64,000 nucleotides of DNA. Origin: Desulfonatronovibrionaceae bacterium. Lineage in GTDB: Bacteria > Desulfobacterota > Desulfovibrionia > Desulfovibrionales > Desulfonatronovibrionaceae. The DNA is taken from the NCBI GenBank assembly GCA_046539845.1, contig JBKHGE010000003.1, positions 1 through 64,000 on the forward strand, given 5' to 3'. This document shows, piece after piece, positions 18,325-29,429 of this stretch (the stretch's first letter is position 1; each line of letters begins with the position of its first letter). The notes under the pieces were generated by a model. It ran no database searches, had not been told where the DNA came from, and saw only the letters and a program-made list of their open reading frames with translations. Both the position numbers and the translations under genes were made by a program.

Positions 18325-20160
18325 ATGCGCGAGTTTATCCTCAGCGGGGAAAAGGGAGAAAAACATCTTCTGCTGGGCAACGAGGCCATAGCCAGGGGGA
18401 TTATAGAAGCCGGGGCCGGATTCATATCCTGCTATCCGGGAACCCCCTCCTCGGAGCTCCCAGATACCCTTTTCAGCCTGTCTCCCAAAGCGGACTACTA
18501 CTTCGAATACTCTCCGAACGAGAAAGTGGCCATGGAGGTCGCGGGAGGGGCTGCACTGGCCGGGGTGCCGGCGGTGGTGACCATGAAGCATGTCGGGATC
18601 AATGTGGCCGCGGATCCCCTGATGACCTTGAGTTATATAGGCACTCCCGGCGGGCTCATGATCTTGAGCGCAGACGATCCGGGCTGCCATTCCAGTCAAA
18701 ACGAGCAGGACAACCGCTATTATTCCCGCCTGGGCAAGATACCCTGCTTTGAGCCAGCCACTGCCCAGGAGTGCAAGGATATGGCCAAAGAGGCCCTGCG
18801 CCTTTCAGCCAAATGGGAGCAGCCGGTTCTTTTGCGGACCACTACCCGGGTCAACCACCTGCGAGGAATAGTCGAGTTCGACAGCGTGCCCCAACCCCGG
18901 ACCACATCCGAATTCACCAAGAATCCCAAACGCTTTGTCCCGGTCCCGGCGGTGGCCAGGATCCGGCACGGCATTCTTCTGGAAAATCTTAAGGCCGTAG
19001 CCGAAGAAGCGGAAAAGTCCGGACTCAACTACACCTTCGGCCAAGGGAAAATAGGGGTTATAGCCAGCGGGGTTTCCCGCGCCTATCTGCACGATGCCCT
19101 GGAAGACGAATCCCGGCTTGATTGCCGGGTATTGGAGCTGGGTATGACCTATCCCCTCCCAAAGAAGAAAATAGCCGCTTTTATCCAGAAAGTGGAACAG
19201 GTGCTCATCCTGGAGGAACTGGAACCGGTGGTGGAGGAGGCGGTCCGGGCCATTGCCCAGAAGTCCGGGGTCAATGTGCGCATTGTGGGCAAAAGCGAAA
19301 GCCTTTCCACGGAGGGTGAATATTCGGCCGATCTCGTCCGCCGGGAGCTTTTGCGCCTGCACGGGATCGAGGAGGACGCAGCCCAAAAAAGCGAAGTGGA
19401 TGTACAGGCCCTGCCTCAACGCCCCCCCAATCTCTGCGCCGGATGTCCGCACCGGGGGACCTATTATGCGGTGCGCAAGATATTCGGAGACGAGGCTATC
19501 TACTCTTCGGATATAGGATGCTACACCCTGGGGCTTTTACCGCCCTTAAGCGCTGCGGATTTCCTTTTGTGCATGGGCTCCTCAATATCCGCCGGATGCG
19601 GCATGGCCCGGGCCGAGGGCCGGCCGGTGGTCGCTTTCATCGGGGACTCCACCTTTTTCCACTCCGGAATCACCGGCCTTATAAACGCAGTGTACAATGA
19701 ATACAACCTGTTAGTGGTCATTTTGGACAACCGGACCACAGCCATGACCGGACATCAGCCCCATCCCGGAGTAGGGAGCACCCCAGCCGGGGAAAAGCCG
19801 GAACTGGACATAGAAGGAATTGTCCGCGGCTGCGGAATCGAACGGGTAGAAAAGGTAAAACCGTTCAACCACCAAAAAACCATGCGCGTCCTTGCGGATT
19901 TGAAAAAAGAAATAGGTGTCCGCGTACTTATTACCGAAGAACCGTGCCCGCTCTATGCCCGACGAATGCTGGGCAAAAAGAAATCCGGAAGGGCCAAAGT
20001 CCTGGACAGCTGCGAAGGATGCATGGAGTGTATCGATACCCTGGCCTGCCCGGCCTTTTACGTTGAGGAGGACAAAGTACATATAAACCCGGGCCAATGC
20101 GCCGGGTGCATGCTGTGCGTCCAGATCTGTAAGCACATCCAGGCGGACAAGGGAGAATAA
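18325..20160 (+). CDS. iorA: Indolepyruvate:ferredoxin oxidoreductase alpha subunit
   Basis: LGNEAIARG, YPGTPS, NEKVA, SSQNEQD, CAGCPHR, DIGCY and TPP motif GDSTFFHSG; C-terminal ferredoxin. Confidence 0.95.
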   Translation: MREFILSGEKGEKHLLLGNEAIARGIIEAGAGFISCYPGTPSSELPDTLFSLSPKADYYFEYSPNEKVAMEVAGGAALAGVPAVVTMKHVGINVAADPLMTLSYIGTPGGLMILSADDPGCHSSQNEQDNRYYSRLGKIPCFEPATAQECKDMAKEALRLSAKWEQPVLLRTTTRVNHLRGIVEFDSVPQPRTTSEFTKNPKRFVPVPAVARIRHGILLENLKAVAEEAEKSGLNYTFGQGKIGVIASGVSRAYLHDALEDESRLDCRVLELGMTYPLPKKKIAAFIQKVEQVLILEELEPVVEEAVRAIAQKSGVNVRIVGKSESLSTEGEYSADLVRRELLRLHGIEEDAAQKSEVDVQALPQRPPNLCAGCPHRGTYYAVRKIFGDEAIYSSDIGCYTLGLLPPLSAADFLLCMGSSISAGCGMARAEGRPVVAFIGDSTFFHSGITGLINAVYNEYNLLVVILDNRTTAMTGHQPHPGVGSTPAGEKPELDIEGIVRGCGIERVEKVKPFNHQKTMRVLADLKKEIGVRVLITEEPCPLYARRMLGKKKSGRAKVLDSCEGCMECIDTLACPAFYVEEDKVHINPGQCAGCMLCVQICKHIQADKGE

Positions 20161-20161
20161 T

Positions 20162-20749
20162 ATGGACAAGACCCGTGTTTTTTTGACCGGAGTAGGCGGG
20201 CAGGGGACTTTGACCGCGACCAATCTGCTCGCGGAAATTGCCGCGGACAGCAAAATGCCGGTTACGGCCGGAGAGATCCACGGGATGGCTCAGCGGGGAG
20301 GGATAGTGCATTCCTTTGTCCTTATCGGCGGATCCAAAAGCCCTAAGATAACCCAGGGTGAGGCTGATGTGCTCCTGGGATTCGAGCCCCTGGAGACCAT
20401 GCGGGCCCTTGAATTCCTCCACCCGGACGGAGTGGTCGTTTCCAGCCTGAGCCCGGTACTTCCCTTGAGCGTATGCATGGGCCGGGATACCTACCCGGAC
20501 ATAGAAACAATCCGGGAGAAATGCCGCCTGAGTGCAAAGACCGCCCACTTTGTTCCTTGCGGGGACTTGGCCCGGGAGACTGGCGTGATGCAGACCGCCA
20601 ATATGGTCCTTATGGGCGCCCTATTCGCCTCCGGCCTTTTGCCTCTGGGCCTGGAAAACCTGCGCTCCGGCATCAAAAAACACCTCAAGCCGAAAATAGT
20701 GGATGTGAACCTCCAGGCTATAGAACTGGGCGCGCAAAGCATTAGCTGA
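20162..20749 (+). CDS. iorB: Indolepyruvate:ferredoxin oxidoreductase beta subunit
   Basis: GVGGQG and [10 protein letters not shown] motifs; follows iorA. Confidence 0.93.
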   Translation: MDKTRVFLTGVGGQGTLTATNLLAEIAADSKMPVTAGEIHGMAQRGGIVHSFVLIGGSKSPKITQGEADVLLGFEPLETMRALEFLHPDGVVVSSLSPVLPLSVCMGRDTYPDIETIREKCRLSAKTAHFVPCGDLARETGVMQTANMVLMGALFASGLLPLGLENLRSGIKKHLKPKIVDVNLQAIELGAQSIS

Positions 20750-20753
20750 AACG

Positions 20754-22271
20754 ATGGACATCCGTTTCACCCGCATTTTGCACCAGATCTTGGAGAAAAT
20801 GGACCTTCATTCGCCTCTGCGCGAAGGACTGGCCGGCATACTTGAATCCGCAGCCCGGGACCTCGGTTATAAAAGGATGTCTCTGGCCATTCTGGAGCCG
20901 GTGTCCAAGATCATTGAATTCAGTCTTTACTATGGCCCGGGACGGCCGCCCAAGCACTCATACGTGCCCGGGGAAGGGATCACCGGCACTGTGGTCCAAA
21001 AGAAAGAGCCGATAGTGGTTCCGTGCATGGCCGAGGAAGAGAGCTTTCTGAATCTGGCCTTCGGCCGCAAGCCGGAAGAGCTACAGGATCTTTCCTTTAT
21101 TTGCGTTCCTGTCCTGCGCAAGGATCCGGAAGGGATTCCGGAGATACTCGGTGTCTTAAGCGCAGATCTACCCCGACTGGATGAAAACACGCTCAATGAG
21201 CACTGCCTATTTCTACAGGTCCTGGCCCAGATCATCGCCCGGCAGACATCTTTTCTCCAGGACGAAATCACCAGACAGCGGGACAATACGTTTTCGCCTC
21301 CGCCCGGGGAACGGGAGAAGGTACAAACCGATATCATCGCCACCTCCAAGGCCATGCAGGAAGTCCTGGGGCAGGTCGGCCAAGCCGCGCCCAGTGAGGC
21401 CACCGTGCTTATCCGCGGGGAGTCCGGGACCGGCAAGGAGCTTTTGGCCGAGGCCATCCACGCCAACAGCCCCCGGGCCAAAGGCCCTTTCATCCGCCTT
21501 AACTGCGCCGCGCTCCCAGCCGATCTACTGGAAAGCGAGCTGTTCGGACATGAGCAAGGCGCATTTACCGGAGCGGTCAAGGCCAAGAAGGGGCGCTTTG
21601 AGCTCGCCCATGAAGGCAGCCTGTTTTTAGACGAAATAGCCGAGCTGAGCGCGGCCGCCCAGGCCAAACTCTTGCGCGCCCTGCAGGAAGGAGAAGTCCA
21701 AAGACTAGGGAGCGAAAAGGCCACCCAGGTGGATGTGCGTATTGTCTGCGCCACACATCAGCCCTTGGAGGACTTGGTGTCGAGCGGGGGCTTCCGCGAG
21801 GACCTGTACTACCGGATAAACGTCTTTCCTTTGTTCATACCTCCCCTTCAGGAACGCAAAGAAGACATCCTGCCGGTGGCCGAGCACTTTTTGCAGGAAT
21901 TTGCGGAAAAGTATTCCAAGGATATAAGGCGGATATCAACTCCGGCCATTGACCTGCTCATGCAGTATCACTGGCCCGGTAATGTCCGGGAACTCAAAAA
22001 CTGTGTCGAAAGGGCGGTTCTGGTCTGTAGCGAGGAGGTAATCCGTACCTATCATCTCCCGCCCAGCCTGCAGACCGCGGAGAGTTCAGCCACCGACACC
22101 CAATTCTCATTCAAGGAAGCAGTAGCCCGCTTTGAGCAGGAACTCTTGGTCGAGGCCCTGAAAAAAAACAAGGGCAATATGCTCCAGGCAGCCAGGGAAC
22201 TCAGAGTTACCTACCGCATTCTGCACTACAAAGTGCACAAATATCGCCTTGATCCAGATAAATACAAATAG
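20754..22271 (+). CDS. GAF-domain sigma54-dependent activator (NifA-like architecture)
   Basis: GAF domain (GEGITG, FICVP), [22 protein letters not shown] and HTH. Confidence 0.9.
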   Translation: MDIRFTRILHQILEKMDLHSPLREGLAGILESAARDLGYKRMSLAILEPVSKIIEFSLYYGPGRPPKHSYVPGEGITGTVVQKKEPIVVPCMAEEESFLNLAFGRKPEELQDLSFICVPVLRKDPEGIPEILGVLSADLPRLDENTLNEHCLFLQVLAQIIARQTSFLQDEITRQRDNTFSPPPGEREKVQTDIIATSKAMQEVLGQVGQAAPSEATVLIRGESGTGKELLAEAIHANSPRAKGPFIRLNCAALPADLLESELFGHEQGAFTGAVKAKKGRFELAHEGSLFLDEIAELSAAAQAKLLRALQEGEVQRLGSEKATQVDVRIVCATHQPLEDLVSSGGFREDLYYRINVFPLFIPPLQERKEDILPVAEHFLQEFAEKYSKDIRRISTPAIDLLMQYHWPGNVRELKNCVERAVLVCSEEVIRTYHLPPSLQTAESSATDTQFSFKEAVARFEQELLVEALKKNKGNMLQAARELRVTYRILHYKVHKYRLDPDKYK

Positions 22272-22273
22272 AT

Positions 22274-22561
22274 TCAGCCGGATACAGCCTCTGTCTTGGA
22301 GCGCATCCCGTTTTTTCGATCCCGGCGGTAATCCACCTTAAGGGTCATATAGATGCGGTCGCAGTCCCTGTGCATATTCTGGAAGCACTTGTCCACTGCG
22401 GCCATAACCTCCTCCCAGGCTCCCTCGACGCAGGTCCCCATCGGCCCCGCTTCGCAAGGCATACCGCTCTCACGCAGTATATCCACTGCCCGCTTGACGT
22501 ATGCACTCACGCCAACCCCCTTGTCCAAGGGGAATATGGCCAGCTCGGCAATAACACTCAT
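22274..22561 (-). CDS. MTH1187/YkoF family thiamine-binding protein
   Basis: AELAIFP, SAYV, GPMGTCVEG and KVDYR motifs. Confidence 0.85.
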   Translation of the reverse strand: MSVIAELAIFPLDKGVGVSAYVKRAVDILRESGMPCEAGPMGTCVEGAWEEVMAAVDKCFQNMHRDCDRIYMTLKVDYRRDRKNGMRSKTEAVSG

Positions 22562-22717
22562 AATGACCTCCTCTCTTCTTCGCGACAATAACCAAACATG
22601 ATTACCATATCACTTTGCATAAAACAATAATCACCACGCAGGGCACAGAGGGTCTGAAGGAGCGAAACACCTTTCTTAGTGGGACAAAGCCCCAAAAATT
22701 GCCTACCTCCAAATTGG

Positions 22718-23860
22718 CTACAAGGCCTTCAGAATAGAGGCAGTGAACTCCCGACAGCCCACCTCTTTGGCCCCCTGCATCTGCGGGGCCAGGTCCGCGG
22801 TCACCCGGCCTGAGGAAAGGACCGAGTCCGCGGCCGAATAAATTTTCCCGGCCGCCTCCGGCCAGCCGATGTGCTCCAGGAGCATGGCCCCGCTTAAGAT
22901 CATGCTCATGGGGTTAGCCATATCTTTTCCGGCGATTGTGGGGGCTGTGCCGTGCGTGGCCTCGAAAAGGGCCAGATCATCGCCCATGTTCACGCCCGGG
23001 GCGATTCCCAAGCCTCCGACCTGAGCGGCCAGGGCGTCGGAGATATAATCCCCGTTTAAGTTGGTGGTGGCAATAACGTCATACTGCTCCGGGCGCATGA
23101 GAACCTCCTGGAACATGGCGTCCGCGATGCGGTCCTTGAGGACTATGCCGCCCTTTCCCTGTTTACCCTCGAGCGCGAATATCCCGGAAAACTCATCATC
23201 AGCCAGCTCATATCCCCAGGCCCGGAAAGCGCCCTCGGTATATTTCATTATATTGCCCTTGTGCACCAGGGTAACGCTTTTTCGGTCCTGATCCCGGGCG
23301 AATTCGAACGCCCTGCGGCAAAGCCTCTTGCACCCGGCCTCGGTAACCGGCTTTATGCCCACGGCGCTTTTTTTATCCACATCAGCATTCATTTCCGAGC
23401 GCAAGAACTCGACCACCTTCTCCGCCTCAGGAGTGCCGGCCGCCCATTCGATCCCGGCGTAAACATCCTCGGTGTTTTCCCGGAAGACCACCATATCCAC
23501 CTTTTCCGGGTGCTTGACCGGGGACTGGATCCCGGAAAAATGCCGCACAGGACGAATACAAGCATACAGATCCAGGCTCTGGCGCAGGGTGACATTAAGG
23601 CTCCTGAACCCGCTGCCCACCGGGGTGGTCAGCGGCCCCTTCATGGCCACGCCAGCCTTTTCCAGGCCGTCCCAAGTCTCCCGGGGCAGATATTCGCCGC
23701 TCTCCTCAAAGGCCTTCTCCCCAGCCAAAAGCTCCTTCCAGACCAGGGTCCGCCCAAAACCATAAGTCTTTTCCACCGCCGCATCCAGGACTTCCCGGGC
23801 CGCATTCATAACTTCCGGCCCGATACCGTCCCCCTGAATATAAAAGATCTCCTGCTCCAT
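22718..23860 (-). CDS. icd: Isocitrate dehydrogenase (NADP)
   Basis: [41 protein letters not shown] and EATHGTAP motifs. Confidence 0.95.
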   Translation of the reverse strand: MEQEIFYIQGDGIGPEVMNAAREVLDAAVEKTYGFGRTLVWKELLAGEKAFEESGEYLPRETWDGLEKAGVAMKGPLTTPVGSGFRSLNVTLRQSLDLYACIRPVRHFSGIQSPVKHPEKVDMVVFRENTEDVYAGIEWAAGTPEAEKVVEFLRSEMNADVDKKSAVGIKPVTEAGCKRLCRRAFEFARDQDRKSVTLVHKGNIMKYTEGAFRAWGYELADDEFSGIFALEGKQGKGGIVLKDRIADAMFQEVLMRPEQYDVIATTNLNGDYISDALAAQVGGLGIAPGVNMGDDLALFEATHGTAPTIAGKDMANPMSMILSGAMLLEHIGWPEAAGKIYSAADSVLSSGRVTADLAPQMQGAKEVGCREFTASILKAL

Positions 23861-24033
23861 TTTCACTCCTTTGGATTGGATATACTTACTCCCCGGCCTA
23901 TAAAAAGGCCACTTGCCCACCATAAAATCGGAAAGCAACATCTAGCGGGACGGAGCCGATCCGTCAATTAAATGGAAAAATGCATATTGGATGTACTTTT
24001 CAGGCCGGCGAAAGCAACCCATACTTTTCCACA

Positions 24034-24062
24034 TTGACAGGACGCCACAACGTGGCTACTTT
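24034..24062 (+). promoter_or_regulatory. Sigma70 promoter of the phd-vapC operon with a palindromic operator
   Basis: TTGACA-17 bp-TACTTT; the spacer contains GCCAC-AAC-GTGGC. Confidence 0.7.
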
Positions 24063-24124
24063 GAATTAAAAGGAGGCACACTACATTTTGTGCCCAAAAA
24101 TTCTTTGTTCTCAGGAGAACCGCT

Positions 24125-24400
24125 ATGGAAGTCGGAATCAAGGAAGCCAAGAACAACCTGAGCCGCTATCTAAAGCAGGTCAAGGCGGGTGAGGAAGTCA
24201 TCATAACCGAACGGGGAAAGCCCATCGCCCGGATAGTCAGGGAAAACTCCACCCTTTCCTCGCTGTACGCCGCGCTTGCCCCTCTAATCCAAAAAGGACT
24301 GATCCAAATGCCCAGCCGGAATGTGCGGGACTTACCGGCGAATCCGGTTGACGCCCCGGGCAAAGCCGCGTCCGATATGGTCCTGGAGGATCGCAGATGA
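24125..24400 (+). CDS. Type II antitoxin, Phd/YefM family
   Basis: EAKNNLSRYL and GEEVIITERGKPIARI motifs. Confidence 0.92.
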   Translation: MEVGIKEAKNNLSRYLKQVKAGEEVIITERGKPIARIVRENSTLSSLYAALAPLIQKGLIQMPSRNVRDLPANPVDAPGKAASDMVLEDRR

Positions 24401-24819
24401 TCCTGTATCTGGATACCAGCGCCCTGGTTAAACGCTATTTTCAGGAGGCCTTTACCGAGAAAGTTGTGGCTAAATGGAAAGATGCACAAGCAATTGCTAC
24501 TTCCGCCGTAGCTTATGCGGAGACCTTGTCCGCAATATACCGCAAAAAAAGAGAAGCCAACCTTGACGAGGACACCTTGCTAAAACTTATTAATATTTTT
24601 CAGTCCGACTGGAATGGGTTGGTTCGCATACAGGTTACTGACGAACTCAACAAATATATTAATCTGGCTTTGCAAAATCATCCATTACGTGGATTTGACG
24701 CCGTGCACCTGGCCTCGGCTCTGGTAATCCTTGAGCAGTTTCCGGATGATGTATTTTTTGCCTGTTTTGATGAACAGCTTAATACGGCTGCCCGGGATGC
24801 TGGCCTGCGAACTTTTTGA
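24397..24819 (+). CDS. vapC: Type II toxin, VapC (PIN domain)
   Basis: YLDTSALVK, LRGFDAVHLASA and FDEQL motifs; ATGA overlap with the antitoxin. Confidence 0.92.
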   Translation: MILYLDTSALVKRYFQEAFTEKVVAKWKDAQAIATSAVAYAETLSAIYRKKREANLDEDTLLKLINIFQSDWNGLVRIQVTDELNKYINLALQNHPLRGFDAVHLASALVILEQFPDDVFFACFDEQLNTAARDAGLRTF

Positions 24820-25013
24820 CTCCACTTTAATGGCTAAACTTTTGGGGTACAAAAGGCAAAAAGGGGTACTACATACCCCTTGACAGTAACAGCTTGCTAT
24901 TATTGTAATTTTTTTAAAATTTTACCGCTAAGTCTGAAAGCCTGGTTGGATATGTATGGCTCGCCAGGAGGCCCAGCCTTCCCTTCATCCCTCTTTCAAT
25001 ATAAAGGGTGACT

Positions 25014-25718
25014 CTATTCTTTTTCCAGAAAAGATCGCATATCCTGGGGAACGCCGATATGGATAAAGCCGTTCGGGTTTACCAGATAAGGTACATTCTT
25101 TATGGACAGGGCCGTGGCCACCAGCAGGTTGTATTTCAGCCGCGGGAAGCTCCCATCCGCGGCTTCCAAGTCCGCAAATGAATGCTCAAGCAAAGCCTTT
25201 AGGGCCAATTCTTCACTGTCATCGGCCAGAGTGGCTATCTTTTTGTTCTTCTCCAGACTGTTTTCGGAAAGCAGGGAGACAGGGATGACCTTGATCTTAA
25301 AATCGCTGCGTATCTGTTCCGATGCCGCCGCATCCTTAAGCAGGTTTTGGCAGTAGGAACACCCCGGATCGACAAACATATAAGCCTCTTTTTCTCCAGA
25401 CCCGATATCCAGACTGAACATCCGGGAGGGCTCAATCCCCAGATACTCCATGTCCACGCGCTCGGACAACCGCCTGTATTTTTCAAGGCTGTCTATGCGC
25501 TCCCCGTTCCAGACATCAAAAAGCTCCCCCTGAAAGACATAACGCCCGTCCGAGGATATAAGATAGGTCCTGCCGGATTCTGTACGGACAAAATTGAGTT
25601 CCTTTTGCGGAAAGCGCTCCTTGCTTATGATCCCCTGCGGGGGATCAAAGGATGCGGCCACGGACTCAAAAGGGGCCAGAGACAAAAAAAGCGCGGCAGC
25701 AAAGAATAAACGGATCAT
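25014..25718 (-). CDS. DsbC-family thiol:disulfide isomerase
   Basis: Signal peptide, dimerisation-like SSDGRYVFQG, DPGCSYC active site and cis-Pro VP. Confidence 0.85.
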   Translation of the reverse strand: MIRLFFAAALFLSLAPFESVAASFDPPQGIISKERFPQKELNFVRTESGRTYLISSDGRYVFQGELFDVWNGERIDSLEKYRRLSERVDMEYLGIEPSRMFSLDIGSGEKEAYMFVDPGCSYCQNLLKDAAASEQIRSDFKIKVIPVSLLSENSLEKNKKIATLADDSEELALKALLEHSFADLEAADGSFPRLKYNLLVATALSIKNVPYLVNPNGFIHIGVPQDMRSFLEKE

Positions 25719-25747
25719 TTCCCTCTCGCTTCCAAAAAAAATTTTAA

Positions 25748-25781
25748 ATACAGGACGGGCCTCTTTACACCCGTCCTGTAT
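25748..25781 (-). terminator. Hairpin between pilY1 and dsbC
   Basis: ATACAGGACGGG/CCCGTCCTGTAT 12-bp IR with a T-rich tail on the minus strand. Confidence 0.6.
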
Positions 25782-25817
25782 CGGGTTTCAGAAAAAGGAC
25801 AATAGGCGACCCGGGGA

Positions 25818-28800
25818 TTACCACTCCCGCCAGTAGATTATCTCCCCGGCCAGCGACCCGGGTGAAAAGGAGGGAATACCGCTTTCCTCTGAGGAGACGC
25901 CCGGAGCCCACGGAGTGGCCCGGCCATCCTCTTCAGAAAATGCGCCCGCCCCGTATTCCTTGATATCCCCTCCGGAGAGCTGGACCAGGTACTTGAAATC
26001 CGAGGCCTCCACAGTAAACCGATCGCACTCGTCATCTTGAAGACTCCGGCCGGAAGCACAGTTAAGGGCCCAGGAACGGGACTGCCCCCCGCACTCGCAT
26101 ATCTCCGAGGTAGGCATATTGGTACTAAAAAACACTGTATCATGATCAGTGGTTGACGGCGTGGAATAGCAGCGCTCGCGATAAAATGCCCCGCCGGCTT
26201 CATCCAGGGGGACCTTCCAGGAGGCGCTGTTGGGATTTGTGTTTGCCTTGTCCAAATCATCACGGCCCAACTCACTGCTGTCGTTTATATTACTAATGGT
26301 GGCACAGCCTTCGTTGGTCGCATTGCAGGTAAAAGGCACTCCGTACAGATAGTTGTAGTCCTGGTTGGTATCCTGGGTCTTGTCGTCCGAGACAAAATAT
26401 CGGCCCGTTCCAAAGTAAATATACGGGAAATCCATTTCATCCGGAAAACAGTCCATAAAGACCACCGGAGCTGTAACCGGGTCTTCGACCGAGCTGCCCA
26501 AAAAATCCTCTTGATAGTCCCACTCGGAAGGGTCCGCAGATCCGGTAAAGATCTTTATCACTCCTCCGTCCATTTCGCTATACCGGCCATCTGTATTGTT
26601 TGTATATCCCAAAAACACAAAATCGGTTTGCCCGTCCTCGTTTACGTCCATACCCTCGGTCAACAATCTCCCGCCAAAGGCATCCTTAATATTCGTTTCA
26701 TAAGTGGCGTTGTAGCCATCAGGACCGTCAGTCAGGTCCACGGTAAATATCCTCAGTTTCTGCTCCGAGGTCCCATCATATCCGGTGGGGCCGGAAGCGA
26801 ACATGATATAATGGCTCCAGTCCCCGTTTTCGTCCTTGCGTTTTACATAGGCCGGACCGGAATAGGTAAAGCCCATGTCCTTGGGGGCAAAACTCCATAA
26901 ATATTCTGGGTCCTGGGGATTGGTCACGTCCAGGGCGTAATAGGCGGAGCGGCCGACCGACTCGGGTTCGGTGTCAGACGGGGGATTTATATCCCCGTTT
27001 CCGCAGGCCCCGCCCAGGCGCATCCCGCCTATAAGTATCTTTCTGTTCTCGGTCTGAACTAAAGAAGGCTTTAAGTCCACGGAATAGATATGGCTGTAGT
27101 CCGGGCTGGCTGTATACCGCAGATAAGGCAAACTGTCCTGGGGGATAAACGCCCATTCCTCCCGGCCCAGCTCCGGCTGGTTCGGACCGTCGGAACAGGA
27201 ATCCCTGGAAGCGCATATCTGAGCCGGCTGCATCTGCCCGCCCAAATTTTTCACATATCCGGCCCGGAAAGCATGCAGCATCCCGTCATTGCCCCCGGCG
27301 TAAAGCATGGAATAATCGTCGTATTCCACAGCTACAGGAGTGGAATATATGATGTCTCCCAGTTTCCATTCGCCGTCCCCGCTGGCCCGCGAGCGGCAGC
27401 CGCTTATATGCTCTCCGCGGGCGTAACGGATAAGATCTTCATACTGTGGGGTCTCGGAGTCAACCAGGCACCCGGGGAAATCTGTCCAGTCCGTGCCCAG
27501 GAGGGACTCAAAGTCAGCACCGTTTTCTGGACTGAACTGGACAAAATTGCCCCCCTCGTCAATGCTGTAGATATCCCGGCTTGTGGCATTGCGGTCCCTT
27601 AGTTTTTCCCCGCAGGAATACAGGGAGTGCACATCCTCGATTGAATGATACACCTGATCCGGGGTGTTGGGAGTCAGGATGGTGCCGTTGTCCGCCGCTG
27701 TATAGGATTCTATTCTGAGAGAACCCTGTTCCACAAGATATTTGAGGATATTGTCCCCGCCGACATCCAGTTTCAGATTGCCCCGTTCGTGCAGACTGTC
27801 ATAATCCTTGGGATAGTCCTCGCGGATATTCTGCACGGCATTGCCGTCAATGCGGGCGTTTAAGTACCAGTCTCCGAATATATCCCCGGTCCAAAGCACC
27901 TTGTTGTTGTCCCCGAAATCCTTTTCCGGATAAAAGGCGGCCTGGTTGATAAGCGAACCGGTGGTTTCCTTGGCGGTCAAGGCGGTGATCGAGGTCCCTG
28001 AGGCCACCCCCTGCTTTATCTCCGAGAATATGGCGGTCAAAGCCTCGGCCATTTCCTGACCGTTGGAAGCAGCGAAATACGCGTCCGGCACCCCGTCTTT
28101 GTCTCCCTTGTCCCACTCCGCGCAGCAGTCATCATAGGTGCCCCCTGGGGTGCATCGGCTTCTGGGATAATTCACATATTTGCTGTCCCCCCCGTAGCCG
28201 TCAAAGGTATACGGCCACCCGGAATCGCAACCGGCCATCTCCTCAAAGTTCCCAAAGGCGGCCACTGTTTTCATGGAGTTTTCACCCTGCTGGCTGTCAC
28301 TAAAGGTAAAAAGGGAGTAAACGTCTGCATTCTGCTCCTGGGACATTGCCTGAGAGGTCCTCAGGTCCTTGGTGTGCAGTTTGTAGGCATACTCGTCCGG
28401 ATCAACATTTCCGTTCCATTCCCCGTCTGAGATGAGAACCACTGAACTCTGTCTGCACCATGCGGCCTCCAGCTCTCCGTCATTTTCTTCATAATAGGGG
28501 TCTCTTTCTCCGCCGCGGTCCTCGTAGTCCTGATTCCGCCAGCTCAGGTCGTCCTGCCTCAAGTATCTATAAGCCTCGCGCACGGCCTCGCCGGTCGGGG
28601 TCCCGTTATAGGGGATGGTCTCCTCCAGCTCGGAGATCAGGGCCTGCATGTCAGCATTGTGCACTCCATGCCTGATCGGCCAGTACAAAGAAGTGGAATA
28701 AGGGATAAAGGCAAACCGGACCTGGTCAAAATTTTCCTGGACTATCCCGGAGCGGTCCTCTTTATCTATTCTAAGCCGTGCGTAACGATCCTCGAACCAG

Positions 28801-29429
28801 CCCTCGATATCCAGGAGCATATCCTTGTCCAAGTAATCTCCTTGCCACCAAGTATTATCCGGGCGCACGTAACACCTTTTCTCGCCAAGTCCTGGAATGT
28901 TTACATCAACGTATCGCCTGGAGCCCTGCGGACGGAGAATGCAATAGTCCCTGTTGTTCGGGCAGTCCGCCTTGCCTCCGATAAGGGCCTTGAGGCTCAC
29001 GTCCACCCGGGTCATGACCAAAAAGTTCAACAGATTGCCGGAGACACTGTCAGCGTCGCCGACACGGTCGGTATGGGCGGGATTGCCATCTATCTCCCAG
29101 TAATCATTGCTACTATCGTATTCGTAGTACTCGCTAGGATCAAAATAACCATAATAAGAGGTGGAGTTATCATAAGAGGTGCTTACCTCTCCCGGGTCGC
29201 CGCAGTCAGCAACATACCCACCGTACCCATCAAAATCATTCCCGTAGTTGGCCGGAAACTGCATACTCCCGGAATAATCCATCACCAGGAGGACATTTCC
29301 CTTTACATCCGCGTTAATAAACGGCGGAAGAGAGACATATGTCTCCATGCCCCCAAAACAGACCACCGGGAATAAAGAAAGAACCAGGGTCAAACAAATT
29401 TTTCTGCTGGTTGCCGCTGCATTAAACAT
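25818..29429 (-). CDS. pilY1: Type IV pilus tip adhesin PilY1/PilC
   Basis: Signal peptide, vWA MIDAS DYSGS, C-terminal propeller motifs LGDIIYSTP, GGNDGMLHAF and EEWAFIP, Ca-loop DVNEDGQTD; ends in WRE. Confidence 0.92.
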   Translation of the reverse strand: MFNAAATSRKICLTLVLSLFPVVCFGGMETYVSLPPFINADVKGNVLLVMDYSGSMQFPANYGNDFDGYGGYVADCGDPGEVSTSYDNSTSYYGYFDPSEYYEYDSSNDYWEIDGNPAHTDRVGDADSVSGNLLNFLVMTRVDVSLKALIGGKADCPNNRDYCILRPQGSRRYVDVNIPGLGEKRCYVRPDNTWWQGDYLDKDMLLDIEGWFEDRYARLRIDKEDRSGIVQENFDQVRFAFIPYSTSLYWPIRHGVHNADMQALISELEETIPYNGTPTGEAVREAYRYLRQDDLSWRNQDYEDRGGERDPYYEENDGELEAAWCRQSSVVLISDGEWNGNVDPDEYAYKLHTKDLRTSQAMSQEQNADVYSLFTFSDSQQGENSMKTVAAFGNFEEMAGCDSGWPYTFDGYGGDSKYVNYPRSRCTPGGTYDDCCAEWDKGDKDGVPDAYFAASNGQEMAEALTAIFSEIKQGVASGTSITALTAKETTGSLINQAAFYPEKDFGDNNKVLWTGDIFGDWYLNARIDGNAVQNIREDYPKDYDSLHERGNLKLDVGGDNILKYLVEQGSLRIESYTAADNGTILTPNTPDQVYHSIEDVHSLYSCGEKLRDRNATSRDIYSIDEGGNFVQFSPENGADFESLLGTDWTDFPGCLVDSETPQYEDLIRYARGEHISGCRSRASGDGEWKLGDIIYSTPVAVEYDDYSMLYAGGNDGMLHAFRAGYVKNLGGQMQPAQICASRDSCSDGPNQPELGREEWAFIPQDSLPYLRYTASPDYSHIYSVDLKPSLVQTENRKILIGGMRLGGACGNGDINPPSDTEPESVGRSAYYALDVTNPQDPEYLWSFAPKDMGFTYSGPAYVKRKDENGDWSHYIMFASGPTGYDGTSEQKLRIFTVDLTDGPDGYNATYETNIKDAFGGRLLTEGMDVNEDGQTDFVFLGYTNNTDGRYSEMDGGVIKIFTGSADPSEWDYQEDFLGSSVEDPVTAPVVFMDCFPDEMDFPYIYFGTGRYFVSDDKTQDTNQDYNYLYGVPFTCNATNEGCATISNINDSSELGRDDLDKANTNPNSASWKVPLDEAGGAFYRERCYSTPSTTDHDTVFFSTNMPTSEICECGGQSRSWALNCASGRSLQDDECDRFTVEASDFKYLVQLSGGDIKEYGAGAFSEEDGRATPWAPGVSSEESGIPSFSPGSLAGEIIYWREW

